From positions 35,427 to 99,426 of the forward strand of contig CAYPFY010000005.1 of NCBI GenBank assembly GCA_964410105.1: a stretch of DNA of 64,000 bases. Reading direction: 5' to 3'. Made by a program: the position numbers and the translations under genes. Within the stretch, counting starts at the first letter, position 1. Every line of letters starts with the position of its first letter. The notes below the pieces were generated by a model. The model made no database searches, was not told where the DNA came from, and saw nothing but the letters and a program-made list of their open reading frames with translations. This DNA is from an uncultured Chlorobiaceae bacterium. GTDB lineage: Bacteria; Bacteroidota; Ignavibacteria; UBA10030; SZUA-254. Below are positions 36,300 to 45,555 of this stretch, in pieces.

Positions 36300-37850
36300 T
36301 CAAGAAATCAGCAGCCGCCGGCGGCGTCCCTGAAAAGAAGCCGACAGAATGAGAATTGTGAGTAGCGCTACGGAAACCGTCGTGGCCACGGGCGTTTCAG
36401 CAGAAGATCCCATGAAATCGATCGGTGCTACCTTATTCATCGGGCCGGCGTACCACAGAATCAGATAGAGAACTTCGAACATTTTCCCGTTTCCCGTCCA
36501 GACTCCGAGGCCGAGCGCGAGAGTGGGAATAAAAGCGGCCCCGGCAGCCCACGCAATAACACCCTGAAAATCGCCCGCAAGGAGCAGTCGGATTCCAAGA
36601 AAACTTCCTGAAATGAGAGCTAACAGGACGCCGGCCGCCCATGCCGCCGGGAGCAAACGCCGGAGCGGGTGGGGCGTCGAAAACAGGATCTGGTCGGTCC
36701 CATGAAGAGACTCCCTGCTTCCGAGGGAGGACCAGAGAGCGATCGGCCAGATCCACGCCAGCGGGAGAATATATCCCCGGGCAATGTCGAGGGGGACAAA
36801 TAGTCCCGCCATGACGAAGCCGCTGGCGACCACGGTCCACCACAGACCTGCATCTCGGGTCATGAGGGTGAACTCCGCGTCGAGTATCCGGACAAATCGC
36901 GACCGGGGGATCAGTGGAAGCAGCGGTGAAATTAGGTGGAGGTTTATCCTGCCACCGGCTGAGCGCTTGCGCTTCGCAGAAGGGGTAACGCGGGCCGAGT
37001 CGAACCGATCAAAGCAAAGCGCCGCGAAAAGGAGAAGGCACCCTGCGGCGGCGATGCAGCCGCACCGGCCGAGAATCAGCCCGAAATCCACGTCCATCCC
37101 ATTCCAAGCGAAAGTCTTCAGGTGCCACTTCTCGCCGCTTTCTTTGATATTGAATCCGAGACTCATCTCCCCCTTCGATGAATCTCCGGGGGAAATCTTC
37201 CTCACGGCGCTTGTCATGTTCCTGATGACGGGATCGACCCCCAGGATCGTACTCACATGGAGGGCCTCCGTGCTATTGGCAAAAATCCACACAAAGAAAA
37301 AAACAAAATTTCCGAGCGTACGGCGGAGCGGTGGGAGAGATTCGAACAGCACCGCCGATGCCGCCACGAGAGTCATCGTCGGAAGAACTATCAGAAGAAA
37401 AGGAGTGCAGAGCGCCCAGCGGAGATGATAATCTTCGCCGCGCACGATTTGCATCGCGGCGGCGCCCGCCATGAGGACGAGGGTCATCGCCCCGAGCACC
37501 AGCATGTTGCTGCACCCTTTGGAGAGAACATAGTGAATAGTTTTCATGGGAGAAGCCGCGAGGATCTGCCCCACTCTCGTCTGATAGTCCCTCGAAATCG
37601 AATTCTTCGTGAGATAAAAGCCCGCAAGGGAAAGGAAGAGATTCGACATGATAGCCACGAGAGCCCCGATCCACGCGGAATTATAGATCCCCCGAAAGCC
37701 TTCCAGCTGAAGCGTGACATAGGAAGAGTCATTGGGAGGCGTGAAGAGGTATGCGGAATACAGCGCGAAGGCGAGAGTGATAATGAAGCTGAAGCGGCGG
37801 GTTCGTTCACGGAAATCCGCGAGCGCCAGCCGTGTGATTCTGCCGATCAT
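36300..37850 (-). CDS. ABC-2-type exporter permease (duplicated membrane domain)
   Basis: Two hydrophobic halves, directly downstream of and overlapping an ABC ATPase. Confidence 0.72.
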   Translation of the reverse strand: MIGRITRLALADFRERTRRFSFIITLAFALYSAYLFTPPNDSSYVTLQLEGFRGIYNSAWIGALVAIMSNLFLSLAGFYLTKNSISRDYQTRVGQILAASPMKTIHYVLSKGCSNMLVLGAMTLVLMAGAAAMQIVRGEDYHLRWALCTPFLLIVLPTMTLVAASAVLFESLPPLRRTLGNFVFFFVWIFANSTEALHVSTILGVDPVIRNMTSAVRKISPGDSSKGEMSLGFNIKESGEKWHLKTFAWNGMDVDFGLILGRCGCIAAAGCLLLFAALCFDRFDSARVTPSAKRKRSAGGRINLHLISPLLPLIPRSRFVRILDAEFTLMTRDAGLWWTVVASGFVMAGLFVPLDIARGYILPLAWIWPIALWSSLGSRESLHGTDQILFSTPHPLRRLLPAAWAAGVLLALISGSFLGIRLLLAGDFQGVIAWAAGAAFIPTLALGLGVWTGNGKMFEVLYLILWYAGPMNKVAPIDFMGSSAETPVATTVSVALLTILILSASFQGRRRRLLIS

Positions 37851-38725
37851 TCAGGGGTCGTCTGGGTTCCTATCAATGACAGATAGGCATCCTCGAGGGT
37901 TGGGGGAACCGGGCGGGCAAACGGGGGCGGGTTCGATTCCATCAAGGCCCTCACCCTTATCCCATCGCTCCTGCGCATCGTGCTCGTTATCTGGTATCTT
38001 TTCTTAAGATCCGGCACCTCGCTGGCCGGGGAGACCCAGTCGAATACTTTTCCTTCCACGGTTTTCAAGAGAAGATCGGGGGGCATTGACGTCAGAAGCG
38101 ATCCGTGCCGGATGATAGCGATCTCCGAAGCGGCGGCCTCGACATCGGAAACTATATGAGTTGAGAGAATGACGATACGTTCGCCCGGGAGTTCCGAAAG
38201 AATATTCCGGAAGCGAAGCCGTTCCTCGGGATCGAGGCCGCCCGTCGGTTCATCGACGATCAGGAGCCGGGGGTCGTTCAGCAGGGCCTGGGCGATCCCG
38301 ACGCGCTGCTTCATCCCGCCGGAGAATGAGCCGAGCGGTCGGTTTGCCGCCTCGGTAAGATTCAGCATCTCGAGAAGCTCTCCTGTGCGGCGGCGTGCTC
38401 GCCGGGCGTCAATTCCCTTTGCCGCCGCGATATAATCCAGGAATTCGGAGGCGGTCAAATTGGGATATATTCCAAAATCCTGGGGGAGATATCCGAGCGT
38501 CTCCCGAAGCTCATTCCGAGATTTCTGAATATCCTTTCCGCACCAATGGACCGAGCCGGAGGAGGGGCGAGTGATTGTCGCGAGAATGCGCATGAGCGTC
38601 GACTTCCCAGCCCCGTTCGGGCCGAGGAGACCGAGCACTCCCGGCTTGATCGAGAGACTGAAATCATTCAGCCCAAGGACGCCGCTTTTGTACCGTTTGG
38701 ACAGTGCGTCGATCCGGAGGTTCAT
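37847..38725 (-). CDS. ABC transporter ATP-binding protein (DrrA-like)
   Basis: GPNGAGKST, GYLPQ, FSGGMKQR, IVDEPT.GLDP, STHIV. Confidence 0.95.
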   Translation of the reverse strand: MNLRIDALSKRYKSGVLGLNDFSLSIKPGVLGLLGPNGAGKSTLMRILATITRPSSGSVHWCGKDIQKSRNELRETLGYLPQDFGIYPNLTASEFLDYIAAAKGIDARRARRRTGELLEMLNLTEAANRPLGSFSGGMKQRVGIAQALLNDPRLLIVDEPTGGLDPEERLRFRNILSELPGERIVILSTHIVSDVEAAASEIAIIRHGSLLTSMPPDLLLKTVEGKVFDWVSPASEVPDLKKRYQITSTMRRSDGIRVRALMESNPPPFARPVPPTLEDAYLSLIGTQTTPE

Positions 38726-38769
38726 CGTGGGATGGTACGGCGGGCGGGAAGAAATGTTTCCCGGGATTC

Positions 38770-39573
38770 CTACGGGATTTCTTCGAGAAGATCTTCGAGC
38801 ATGCCGGCGATTTTTTCCTTCATAACGAGCCCGCCGATCTTCGCGACCCGATCATCCCACAACACCTCCCCCGTCATCGAGTCCAGGAAAAAAAGCCGCG
38901 CGGACATTTGCGTGACATGCTGGACGGTCACCTTCTCGAGCGTCGGAGGCCCGTGGTATTGTCCGGACTGGCTTGCGGCGGGGACGTTATATCCCCCCAC
39001 CAGGATGACGCACATCAGTCCTCCTCCTACCCGCCTTCCGATCGTGCCTCCTTCAGGAATGAGGAATGAGGAATCCCCCTTGCCCCTCTCGACGACGGAA
39101 AGTTTCAGGTAAAGGCCCTGAAGGTTACGGCGGAGGGCGGTATCCGATTTGAAAACCTCATCCACGAAAAAGGGAGGCGAGCCCGCATCGAGCTCCTCGA
39201 TATCCCGCTCCACGTCGGCGGGCGTCCGGAGCACTTTATAGGTCTTATCGGGATTCATCAGCATCCCGATTGAAGAAAGAAGCGTGCGGTCCACATGGTA
39301 CCCTTTATCGTTCAATCGTCCCGCGAGCATATTCAGGCACATCCGGCCGAGCCCTGCGTTTTCGGGGATGTCGACCTTTTCCGTATCTCCCAGGACCGCG
39401 TGGATAATCACGGCATCGGCGAGAATGACCGTCGAAGGGTAGCGGGTTTTCTGTACGGGAAAATCCGGGTAGCGGGCGAGCGGCGACGTGCCGCAGCCGG
39501 AAATGCCGGCGCAGAGGACGGAGGCGAACGCGGCGAGCGTACAAATAAATCGCGGGGAGAGGCGTATCCTCAT
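38770..39573 (-). CDS. Hypothetical lipoprotein
   Basis: Lipobox-like GISG|C after a hydrophobic stretch (MRIRLSPRF...). Start uncertain. Confidence 0.6.
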   Translation of the reverse strand: MRIRLSPRFICTLAAFASVLCAGISGCGTSPLARYPDFPVQKTRYPSTVILADAVIIHAVLGDTEKVDIPENAGLGRMCLNMLAGRLNDKGYHVDRTLLSSIGMLMNPDKTYKVLRTPADVERDIEELDAGSPPFFVDEVFKSDTALRRNLQGLYLKLSVVERGKGDSSFLIPEGGTIGRRVGGGLMCVILVGGYNVPAASQSGQYHGPPTLEKVTVQHVTQMSARLFFLDSMTGEVLWDDRVAKIGGLVMKEKIAGMLEDLLEEIP

Positions 39574-39679
39574 GCCAAGAATATAGGGAGTCATCGAATG
39601 AATAACAATTTGGCGGAGAGGAAAATATTTCGTACGTTGGCTCGCCGGTGAAAACGACGGACGCGAAGAAAAACTTTGC

Positions 39680-40885
39680 ATGAACATCTGCATGCTGGCG
39701 CGGCTCATGCCGGCTCAGGCCGGCGGAGGCGTGCAGGACCACACGAGAATGCTCGCGGAAGGTCTGGCCTCCCGCGGGCACCGCGTTGTCGTCGTCGCCA
39801 CCGGCCGCGACGATGGAAGAGAAGTTGAGGAGTCGCGCGGAGTCACGATCCATTATCTCCGGGGGACGCGGCAGGGGAAATTAGAAGCCGCGTGGTGGCG
39901 AGAGAGCATCAATCACGTTGCCCGGCTTCATTCTGAAAGACCATTCACGCTCATCCACAGCCAGGGCCCTGCCGGCTATGGCGCCATAAGGGAGGCTCAT
40001 CGCTTGGAAATCCCCGGAGTCATCTCCTTCCACGGCACCCATTACGACGAGCTGATGACGAGGTGGCGGAGTCTGCGGCACGGCTACAGAATGTCGAAAA
40101 ACCTCGCCGCCATCCTCATCATCACCGGAAAAATCCTTTTCTGGGATCTCCGCTCCATACCGAAGGCCCGTGCGGTCATTGCCACAAGCAACGAGCAGGC
40201 GGAGATCCTTCGCAGGTATTTTGTCCCGCAATCGAAGATCTTCAAGGTTTTCAACGGCATGGATCTGGCGCCTTTCGCCATGGAAACTCCCTCCGGAGAG
40301 TTGCGGAAGAAGCTCGGCATAGGGAGGGAATCGCGCGTCCTCCTGTGCGTCGCGCGGCTCATACGGGACAAGGGAGTTCACAATGCGATCTCTGCGATGC
40401 CCGGCGTTGTGGAAAAATTCCCCGGCACCATTCTGCTCATAATTGGTGACGGCAGTTACCGTCCAAATCTTGAAAAACAAGTCAAAGAGATGGGGTTGGG
40501 ACGGACCGTTGCATTCGTCGGGGCGGTCGATTTTGGCGAGCTGCCCGCGTATTTCAGCCTTTGCGACATTTTTCTAAATCCCACGGAACAGCAGAACGGC
40601 TACGACCTCACCATGGTCGAGGCGATGGCAAGCGGGAGGCCCGTCATATCGAGCGATATCGGCAGCACGCCAACGCTGATCGAGCACGGGGTTGACGGCA
40701 TCCTCTTTCCCGCGGGGGACGTAAGTCGGCTTTCCCGTGAAATCGCCTCCCTGCTCGGGGATGAGCCGAGGCGAAGGGCTCTGGCGAGCGCGGCCCGGCA
40801 AAAAGTCGCGGAAAAATTCACTCTGGATAAAATGATAGAAGGAACGCTCGAGGTTTACAGGCAGATCCGCCCGGGCAGCGACTAG
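39680..40885 (+). CDS. GT4 glycosyltransferase
   Basis: GGVQDH, FNGMD, RLIRDKG, IIGDG, EAMASG.PVI.SD.G. Confidence 0.92.
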   Translation: MNICMLARLMPAQAGGGVQDHTRMLAEGLASRGHRVVVVATGRDDGREVEESRGVTIHYLRGTRQGKLEAAWWRESINHVARLHSERPFTLIHSQGPAGYGAIREAHRLEIPGVISFHGTHYDELMTRWRSLRHGYRMSKNLAAILIITGKILFWDLRSIPKARAVIATSNEQAEILRRYFVPQSKIFKVFNGMDLAPFAMETPSGELRKKLGIGRESRVLLCVARLIRDKGVHNAISAMPGVVEKFPGTILLIIGDGSYRPNLEKQVKEMGLGRTVAFVGAVDFGELPAYFSLCDIFLNPTEQQNGYDLTMVEAMASGRPVISSDIGSTPTLIEHGVDGILFPAGDVSRLSREIASLLGDEPRRRALASAARQKVAEKFTLDKMIEGTLEVYRQIRPGSD

Positions 40886-42403
40886 ATGGCGGATGCGAAG
40901 AAAATAACCTCGGCGGTCGCCTGGAATTTTTTCGGCAAGTCCACATTCTTTTTCCTCAAATTCCTGGAATCGCTCCTTCTCGTCAGGCTCATCGGGAGCG
41001 AGCAGTACGGCCTTTACGGATCGCTGATAAACGTCCAGGCGATCGTCGCCCTCATCATCTCGCTCGGGCTGGAAAGCGTCATCAGCCGGTTCGTGCCGCA
41101 GTTCAGGGCGGAGCAGGATTTTTCGAAGCTCCACACCCTGATGCGAAACGTGATCCGGATGCGGTTCCTCCTCCTCGCCGTAGTGGGAATCATCTTCCTT
41201 GCCGGGGGGGACGAACTGGCAAAAATTTTCCACGGAACCCTCACGGGCGGCTATCTCCGGCTCGCGTTCGCCCTGGTCGCCCTCGTGTCATTCCACACGA
41301 TATTTCGCGCGTACCTGGACCTTTCCTTTCAGTTGAAATTCATCAATCTCCTCGATATCGGGAGTCAATCGACCTATCTGGCGATCTCCTTCATTCTGGT
41401 GAGCATGGGGTATGGCTTGCCGGCCGTCGTCGTCACGCTGATCTGCGTGAATGCGACCGTGCTTCTGATACTATACCTGAAATACCGGATCGAAAAATCG
41501 AAACTCCCTGGATCGTCGGGGTGGAGCGGCATCCCCAAAAAACGCGTCTATCAGTACAGCGGCACCATGTACATCCTCACCCTTCTCAATTATGTCCTTG
41601 GAAAGGGTCTCGATGTCCTGCTCGTCGGCATATTGCTTCAGGACCTTCGCCAGGTCACCTATTATCTTCTCGGATTCAACGTAGCATTCTACGCCGTCAG
41701 CATGACCGATCTTGCGGTTTCCGGCAACTTTGTCGTTTCCCTGATCGTCGAGGCGCAGACGCAGCGGAACGTAGCGGCCCTGCGAAAAATTTATCGCGGG
41801 CTGTTTGAATTCATCTACCTCTTCATCATCCCGATCCTCGTGGGGGGAATTCTGCTCAACCGCCAGATAATCGGGCTTCTGTACAGGGCTGAAAACTTTC
41901 CCGCGGCTCCAATCATGGCGACGTTTCTCGTGGCCCTTTCGATCGCGAAGCTGAGCAGCATCGCATCCACATTTCTTGTTCAGCTCGACAAGGAAAGGAC
42001 GATCACGATCACGCGCGCTCTTTTCGGCGCGGCCAACCTCGTGCTCGATCTTCTGCTCATCCCGAAATACGGTGCGTTCGGGGCGGCGATCGCCACCGGC
42101 GTGATACTCGTCCTCGTCTCCCTCTACGAGACATGGCTCCTGCGGGGATTGATCGCCCCATTATTTAGCGGGAAATTTCTTGCGAAAACCCTGGCAGCTT
42201 CCGCCGTCATGGGGCTCTGCGTCTTCCTTCTCGCCGCGTCATGGGAGGCGCGGGCCGCGGTGAAAGTCCCGGTTCTTGTTGCGGTGGGCGGGGGGATTTA
42301 CGTTGCGGGAGTGGCCTTCCTTAAGCCGTTTTCCCCGGAGAACACGGACCTCCTGAGGAACAGCAACTTTCCGTTGAAAAACCTGCTCCTTCGGCTCTTC
42401 TAG
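40886..42403 (+). CDS. Wzx-like oligosaccharide flippase
   Basis: About 14 TM helices, RLIGSEQYGLY, LLIPKYGAFGAAIAT. Confidence 0.85.
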   Translation: MADAKKITSAVAWNFFGKSTFFFLKFLESLLLVRLIGSEQYGLYGSLINVQAIVALIISLGLESVISRFVPQFRAEQDFSKLHTLMRNVIRMRFLLLAVVGIIFLAGGDELAKIFHGTLTGGYLRLAFALVALVSFHTIFRAYLDLSFQLKFINLLDIGSQSTYLAISFILVSMGYGLPAVVVTLICVNATVLLILYLKYRIEKSKLPGSSGWSGIPKKRVYQYSGTMYILTLLNYVLGKGLDVLLVGILLQDLRQVTYYLLGFNVAFYAVSMTDLAVSGNFVVSLIVEAQTQRNVAALRKIYRGLFEFIYLFIIPILVGGILLNRQIIGLLYRAENFPAAPIMATFLVALSIAKLSSIASTFLVQLDKERTITITRALFGAANLVLDLLLIPKYGAFGAAIATGVILVLVSLYETWLLRGLIAPLFSGKFLAKTLAASAVMGLCVFLLAASWEARAAVKVPVLVAVGGGIYVAGVAFLKPFSPENTDLLRNSNFPLKNLLLRLF

Positions 42404-42410
42404 GAGCGGA

Positions 42411-43373
42411 TCAGCTGTTTCGCTCGGTCAGGAGCGAGCGGTACAGGTCTCGGAGCATCGAGACGACCCGGAGGGGCGCATTCTCGGCCCGGACGCGTTC
42501 ACGCAAAGCCTCGCCCGGCCGGTTCAGCGCCGTCGTGATGCCGTGGTGGATGAGTTCCCAGGAAGTCGGTTCCACATAATCGGCATCCGGGCCGAAGAAT
42601 TCCTCTCCCCTCCTGCTCACGACAATCCTCGCGCCGGCGGCCGCCGCATTAAGCGATTCTATTGAAAAAGCGGAAGACGCGTCCACATACACGCTGCACG
42701 CGGCAAACGCCGAGCGATACGACTCGGGATCGGCGGACTTTATCAGCGACAGTCGAGGGTTGTCAGGAAAATTCACTGAAATATCGTGAGAGAGAAGAAA
42801 CACGCCGGGGTGGTAAATCCTTTCGAGAGCCTTTGCGAGGCGGGAAACATCCTCTGCTGTGCTGGGAATCGCGAGTACAAACCGATCGACGCCATACTTT
42901 TGCACGAAAACGCGCCCATCGGCGTGCAGAAACTCCTCGTCGAAGGCGGGAGGAATGCAGACAATCCGTCGCCTGTCGATCCGGAACACTGTCTCGACGA
43001 AAGCCAACTGAGACGGAGTGAGGGTGACGATGGCGGATGCGAGCGACGAAATCTCCGAGCGGCGGCGGAATTCCCCCGGTTTGTTCCAGCCCAGTGATCG
43101 AAAAACCCGTTTGGCCGATGGAGAAGAGAGCGGGAAGAGCGGAGGCGAGAAGACAAACGGAATCGAACTTTTCTTGAGGGAAACCGCGAGCTCCGCGGAC
43201 TCCTGGCCGGAGCCAGTGAGGTGAACGCAGTCGACGGGCGACTCGGGAACGCCTGAAATCCTTGTGGCCTCAATTCCCATGTCGCGGGCCGCCGGTTCGA
43301 ACAGAATCTTTGGATGGGAGGATTCCATCCGGTCATCGGAAAAAACCCCGACGGCGACGGATCCTGGCATCAT
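42411..43373 (-). CDS. Divergent GT4-like glycosyltransferase
   Basis: GT-B C-terminal features (YRSAFAACSVYV, AAAAGARIVVS, YVEP) with a degenerate donor-binding motif. Confidence 0.6.
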   Translation of the reverse strand: MMPGSVAVGVFSDDRMESSHPKILFEPAARDMGIEATRISGVPESPVDCVHLTGSGQESAELAVSLKKSSIPFVFSPPLFPLSSPSAKRVFRSLGWNKPGEFRRRSEISSLASAIVTLTPSQLAFVETVFRIDRRRIVCIPPAFDEEFLHADGRVFVQKYGVDRFVLAIPSTAEDVSRLAKALERIYHPGVFLLSHDISVNFPDNPRLSLIKSADPESYRSAFAACSVYVDASSAFSIESLNAAAAGARIVVSRRGEEFFGPDADYVEPTSWELIHHGITTALNRPGEALRERVRAENAPLRVVSMLRDLYRSLLTERNS

Positions 43374-44353
43374 GTCAGCACCGATTCAATCGCATGAGTC
43401 AAACTGTTTTCCCGTTTTTGCCTGGGAAACAGGGAGACGATGCGGGCCCGGGCGGTTTCCCCCATCGGATCTTCCGTTGTGAGAGCTCTATGGAGCGCGT
43501 AGACGAGTGCTTCAGAATCGTCGGGGGGAACGAGAATGCCTTCGGTCCCGAGGGCTGTAGGATTGCCGCCGACGGAAGAAGCGACGGGGATGCAGGCGCA
43601 GAGCATTGCTTCGCAGAGCGAATTTGCGAGGCCCTCGCGGCGGGAAGGCTGGCAATACACTTTGGATCTTTGATAGAACGGGAGCAGGTCATTGCGGGGC
43701 ATGGGGGCATAGAACTTCATATTCATCGGTGGCCGCAGGCTGAGGCCGAGGCGGGGTTCGACTCCTATCACCGTAAAATTCACGGCCGGCATCTTCCAGG
43801 CGGCTTCGATCAGGAGATCGAGCCCCTTGACGAGAGCGCGGTTTCTTTCCCGCACCGATGCAACTGTCAGCACGCACTGTTCTTTTGCTCCATAGGGCTT
43901 CCAGAATTCGGCATCATAACCTGTGGGAACATAAGAGATATTCGACCCATCGTAAGCGGCGAGACGGGTCGCCTCCGGGATCAGCGAGGGGTCGACCACG
44001 AGAATGCGCTGCGCGTGGTGAAAAACATAGCGGAGGAGCCGTGCCCGCCAGGGGCTGAGCCAGATCCCGTAGTTAAGCCGGGCATCGTCGGCGACATCCA
44101 CCCCGCCAACGACCACAATCGATTTCACGTTCAGAAAATTTCCGACAAAAACCCCGATGAAGGCGTACACGGATGCGAACCAGCAGAAGACGGCGTCGGC
44201 GGCGAATATTTTCAAAAAAATCCGGACGGCGTTCTTCAGCCCGCCTCCGACGACTGCGCTCACGGAGTAGCGGCGCCTCAAGAACTCCAGATCATCGCGG
44301 ACGAATGGCTGGTCGACGGGGGAAATGAACAGAATATCTCGCTCTGGGGGCAC
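43370..44353 (-). CDS. GT4 glycosyltransferase
   Basis: VKGLDLL, QPSRREGL...CEAMLC...PV.S.VGG. Confidence 0.88.
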   Translation of the reverse strand: MPPERDILFISPVDQPFVRDDLEFLRRRYSVSAVVGGGLKNAVRIFLKIFAADAVFCWFASVYAFIGVFVGNFLNVKSIVVVGGVDVADDARLNYGIWLSPWRARLLRYVFHHAQRILVVDPSLIPEATRLAAYDGSNISYVPTGYDAEFWKPYGAKEQCVLTVASVRERNRALVKGLDLLIEAAWKMPAVNFTVIGVEPRLGLSLRPPMNMKFYAPMPRNDLLPFYQRSKVYCQPSRREGLANSLCEAMLCACIPVASSVGGNPTALGTEGILVPPDDSEALVYALHRALTTEDPMGETARARIVSLFPRQKRENSLTHAIESVLT

Positions 44354-44356
44354 GGT

Positions 44357-45472
44357 TCAGGCGTGCGATTTGGAAACTTGCGATTCCAGCAGGGCGAGGG
44401 CATTTGTAGCCGCGTCATCCCAGTTGAAGGTTTTGGCCCAGGCGACGGCGGCCGTCGAGAGGCGCTCCCGAAGTCCCCGGTCGGTGAGAAGGCGCGTCAT
44501 CCGGCCTGCGAGCTCTGTGACATTTCCATACGGGTAGAGCAGGCCGGTCTCTCCGTCCTTGATCGCGTCGCGCAGGCCCGGGACGTCGCTCGCCACGACC
44601 GGGGTTCCGCACGCGTTCGACTCGACGACGGTCAGTCCCCAGCCTTCTTTGGCCGACGTGTTGACCACAAACCAGATCTCCTGGAGCAGGCGGACCTTCG
44701 TCTTTTCGTCGACGAAGCCGGTAAACCTCACAGCTTCCTCGAGATGCAGTTCGGCTGAAAGACGTTCGAGGGCCGGGCGGTGGTCCCCTTCCCCGATTAT
44801 CACAAGCCGCGCATCGGGAAAGGAATCGCGGATCCTGGAGAAAGCCCGGAGAAGATGATCGACGGACTTATATTTTTTCAGCCGGCCGAAGTAGCCGACA
44901 AGGGGCGACCGGCTCCGGCGGGCTGCATCGGGCACATGCAGCTCATGATCGACGCAGTTGTAGATGATCTCGACTTGAGTGAACCCGCGTTCGGTAAGCT
45001 CGGCCTTCGTGCTGGGGGAGACGGCCGCGACGGCCGAGCCTGAATTCCTCGCGATAGTCACGCCGAGCCATTCGACGGCCGAGAAAACCAGGGCGACGGG
45101 AAACGGCGCCTCCAGAAAAATCTTAGCACCAAACAGGTGATGAAAGATGAAAACCAGAGGCCTCCGGATGAAAAGGGGTGTAAAAAAGGGAACTTTGTTG
45201 AAATCATCGACGACCACGTCGAAGTTTTCATGCCGGAAATGCGTGAAATACCGAAGCGGGACATAGAGGCTGAAGAGAAGCCTCCGACCTTCTCGGATTA
45301 CATTGATGCCATCGATCGATTCCCTGCCGGGCGCGCCGTTGAAGGACGAGCAAAAGAGCGTCACATCATGTCCTCGCCGTGCGATACGGGAAAAAATCTG
45401 GTGCATATGCACCTCTGCGCCGCCGCCGAGCGGATTTTTGATGTCCTGCCAGTTAAGAACGAGGATTTTCAC
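44357..45472 (-). CDS. GT4 glycosyltransferase
   Basis: MKILVLNWQD...GGAEVH, GRLKKYK, KEGWGLTVVESNACGTPVVASDVPGL. Confidence 0.92.
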   Translation of the reverse strand: MKILVLNWQDIKNPLGGGAEVHMHQIFSRIARRGHDVTLFCSSFNGAPGRESIDGINVIREGRRLLFSLYVPLRYFTHFRHENFDVVVDDFNKVPFFTPLFIRRPLVFIFHHLFGAKIFLEAPFPVALVFSAVEWLGVTIARNSGSAVAAVSPSTKAELTERGFTQVEIIYNCVDHELHVPDAARRSRSPLVGYFGRLKKYKSVDHLLRAFSRIRDSFPDARLVIIGEGDHRPALERLSAELHLEEAVRFTGFVDEKTKVRLLQEIWFVVNTSAKEGWGLTVVESNACGTPVVASDVPGLRDAIKDGETGLLYPYGNVTELAGRMTRLLTDRGLRERLSTAAVAWAKTFNWDDAATNALALLESQVSKSHA

Positions 45473-45555
45473 CTGCTGCCCCTCGGGACGGGGGTAGGCC
45501 AGAAGCTCAGCAGGTCGGAAGAAATGGAGGGGTCAGCAAGCGTGTGGCACAAGTC

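Noticed and set aside
43262-44758. 498-aa antisense ORF over the GT4 genes
   Set aside because: Shadow ORF spanning two real genes on the other strand
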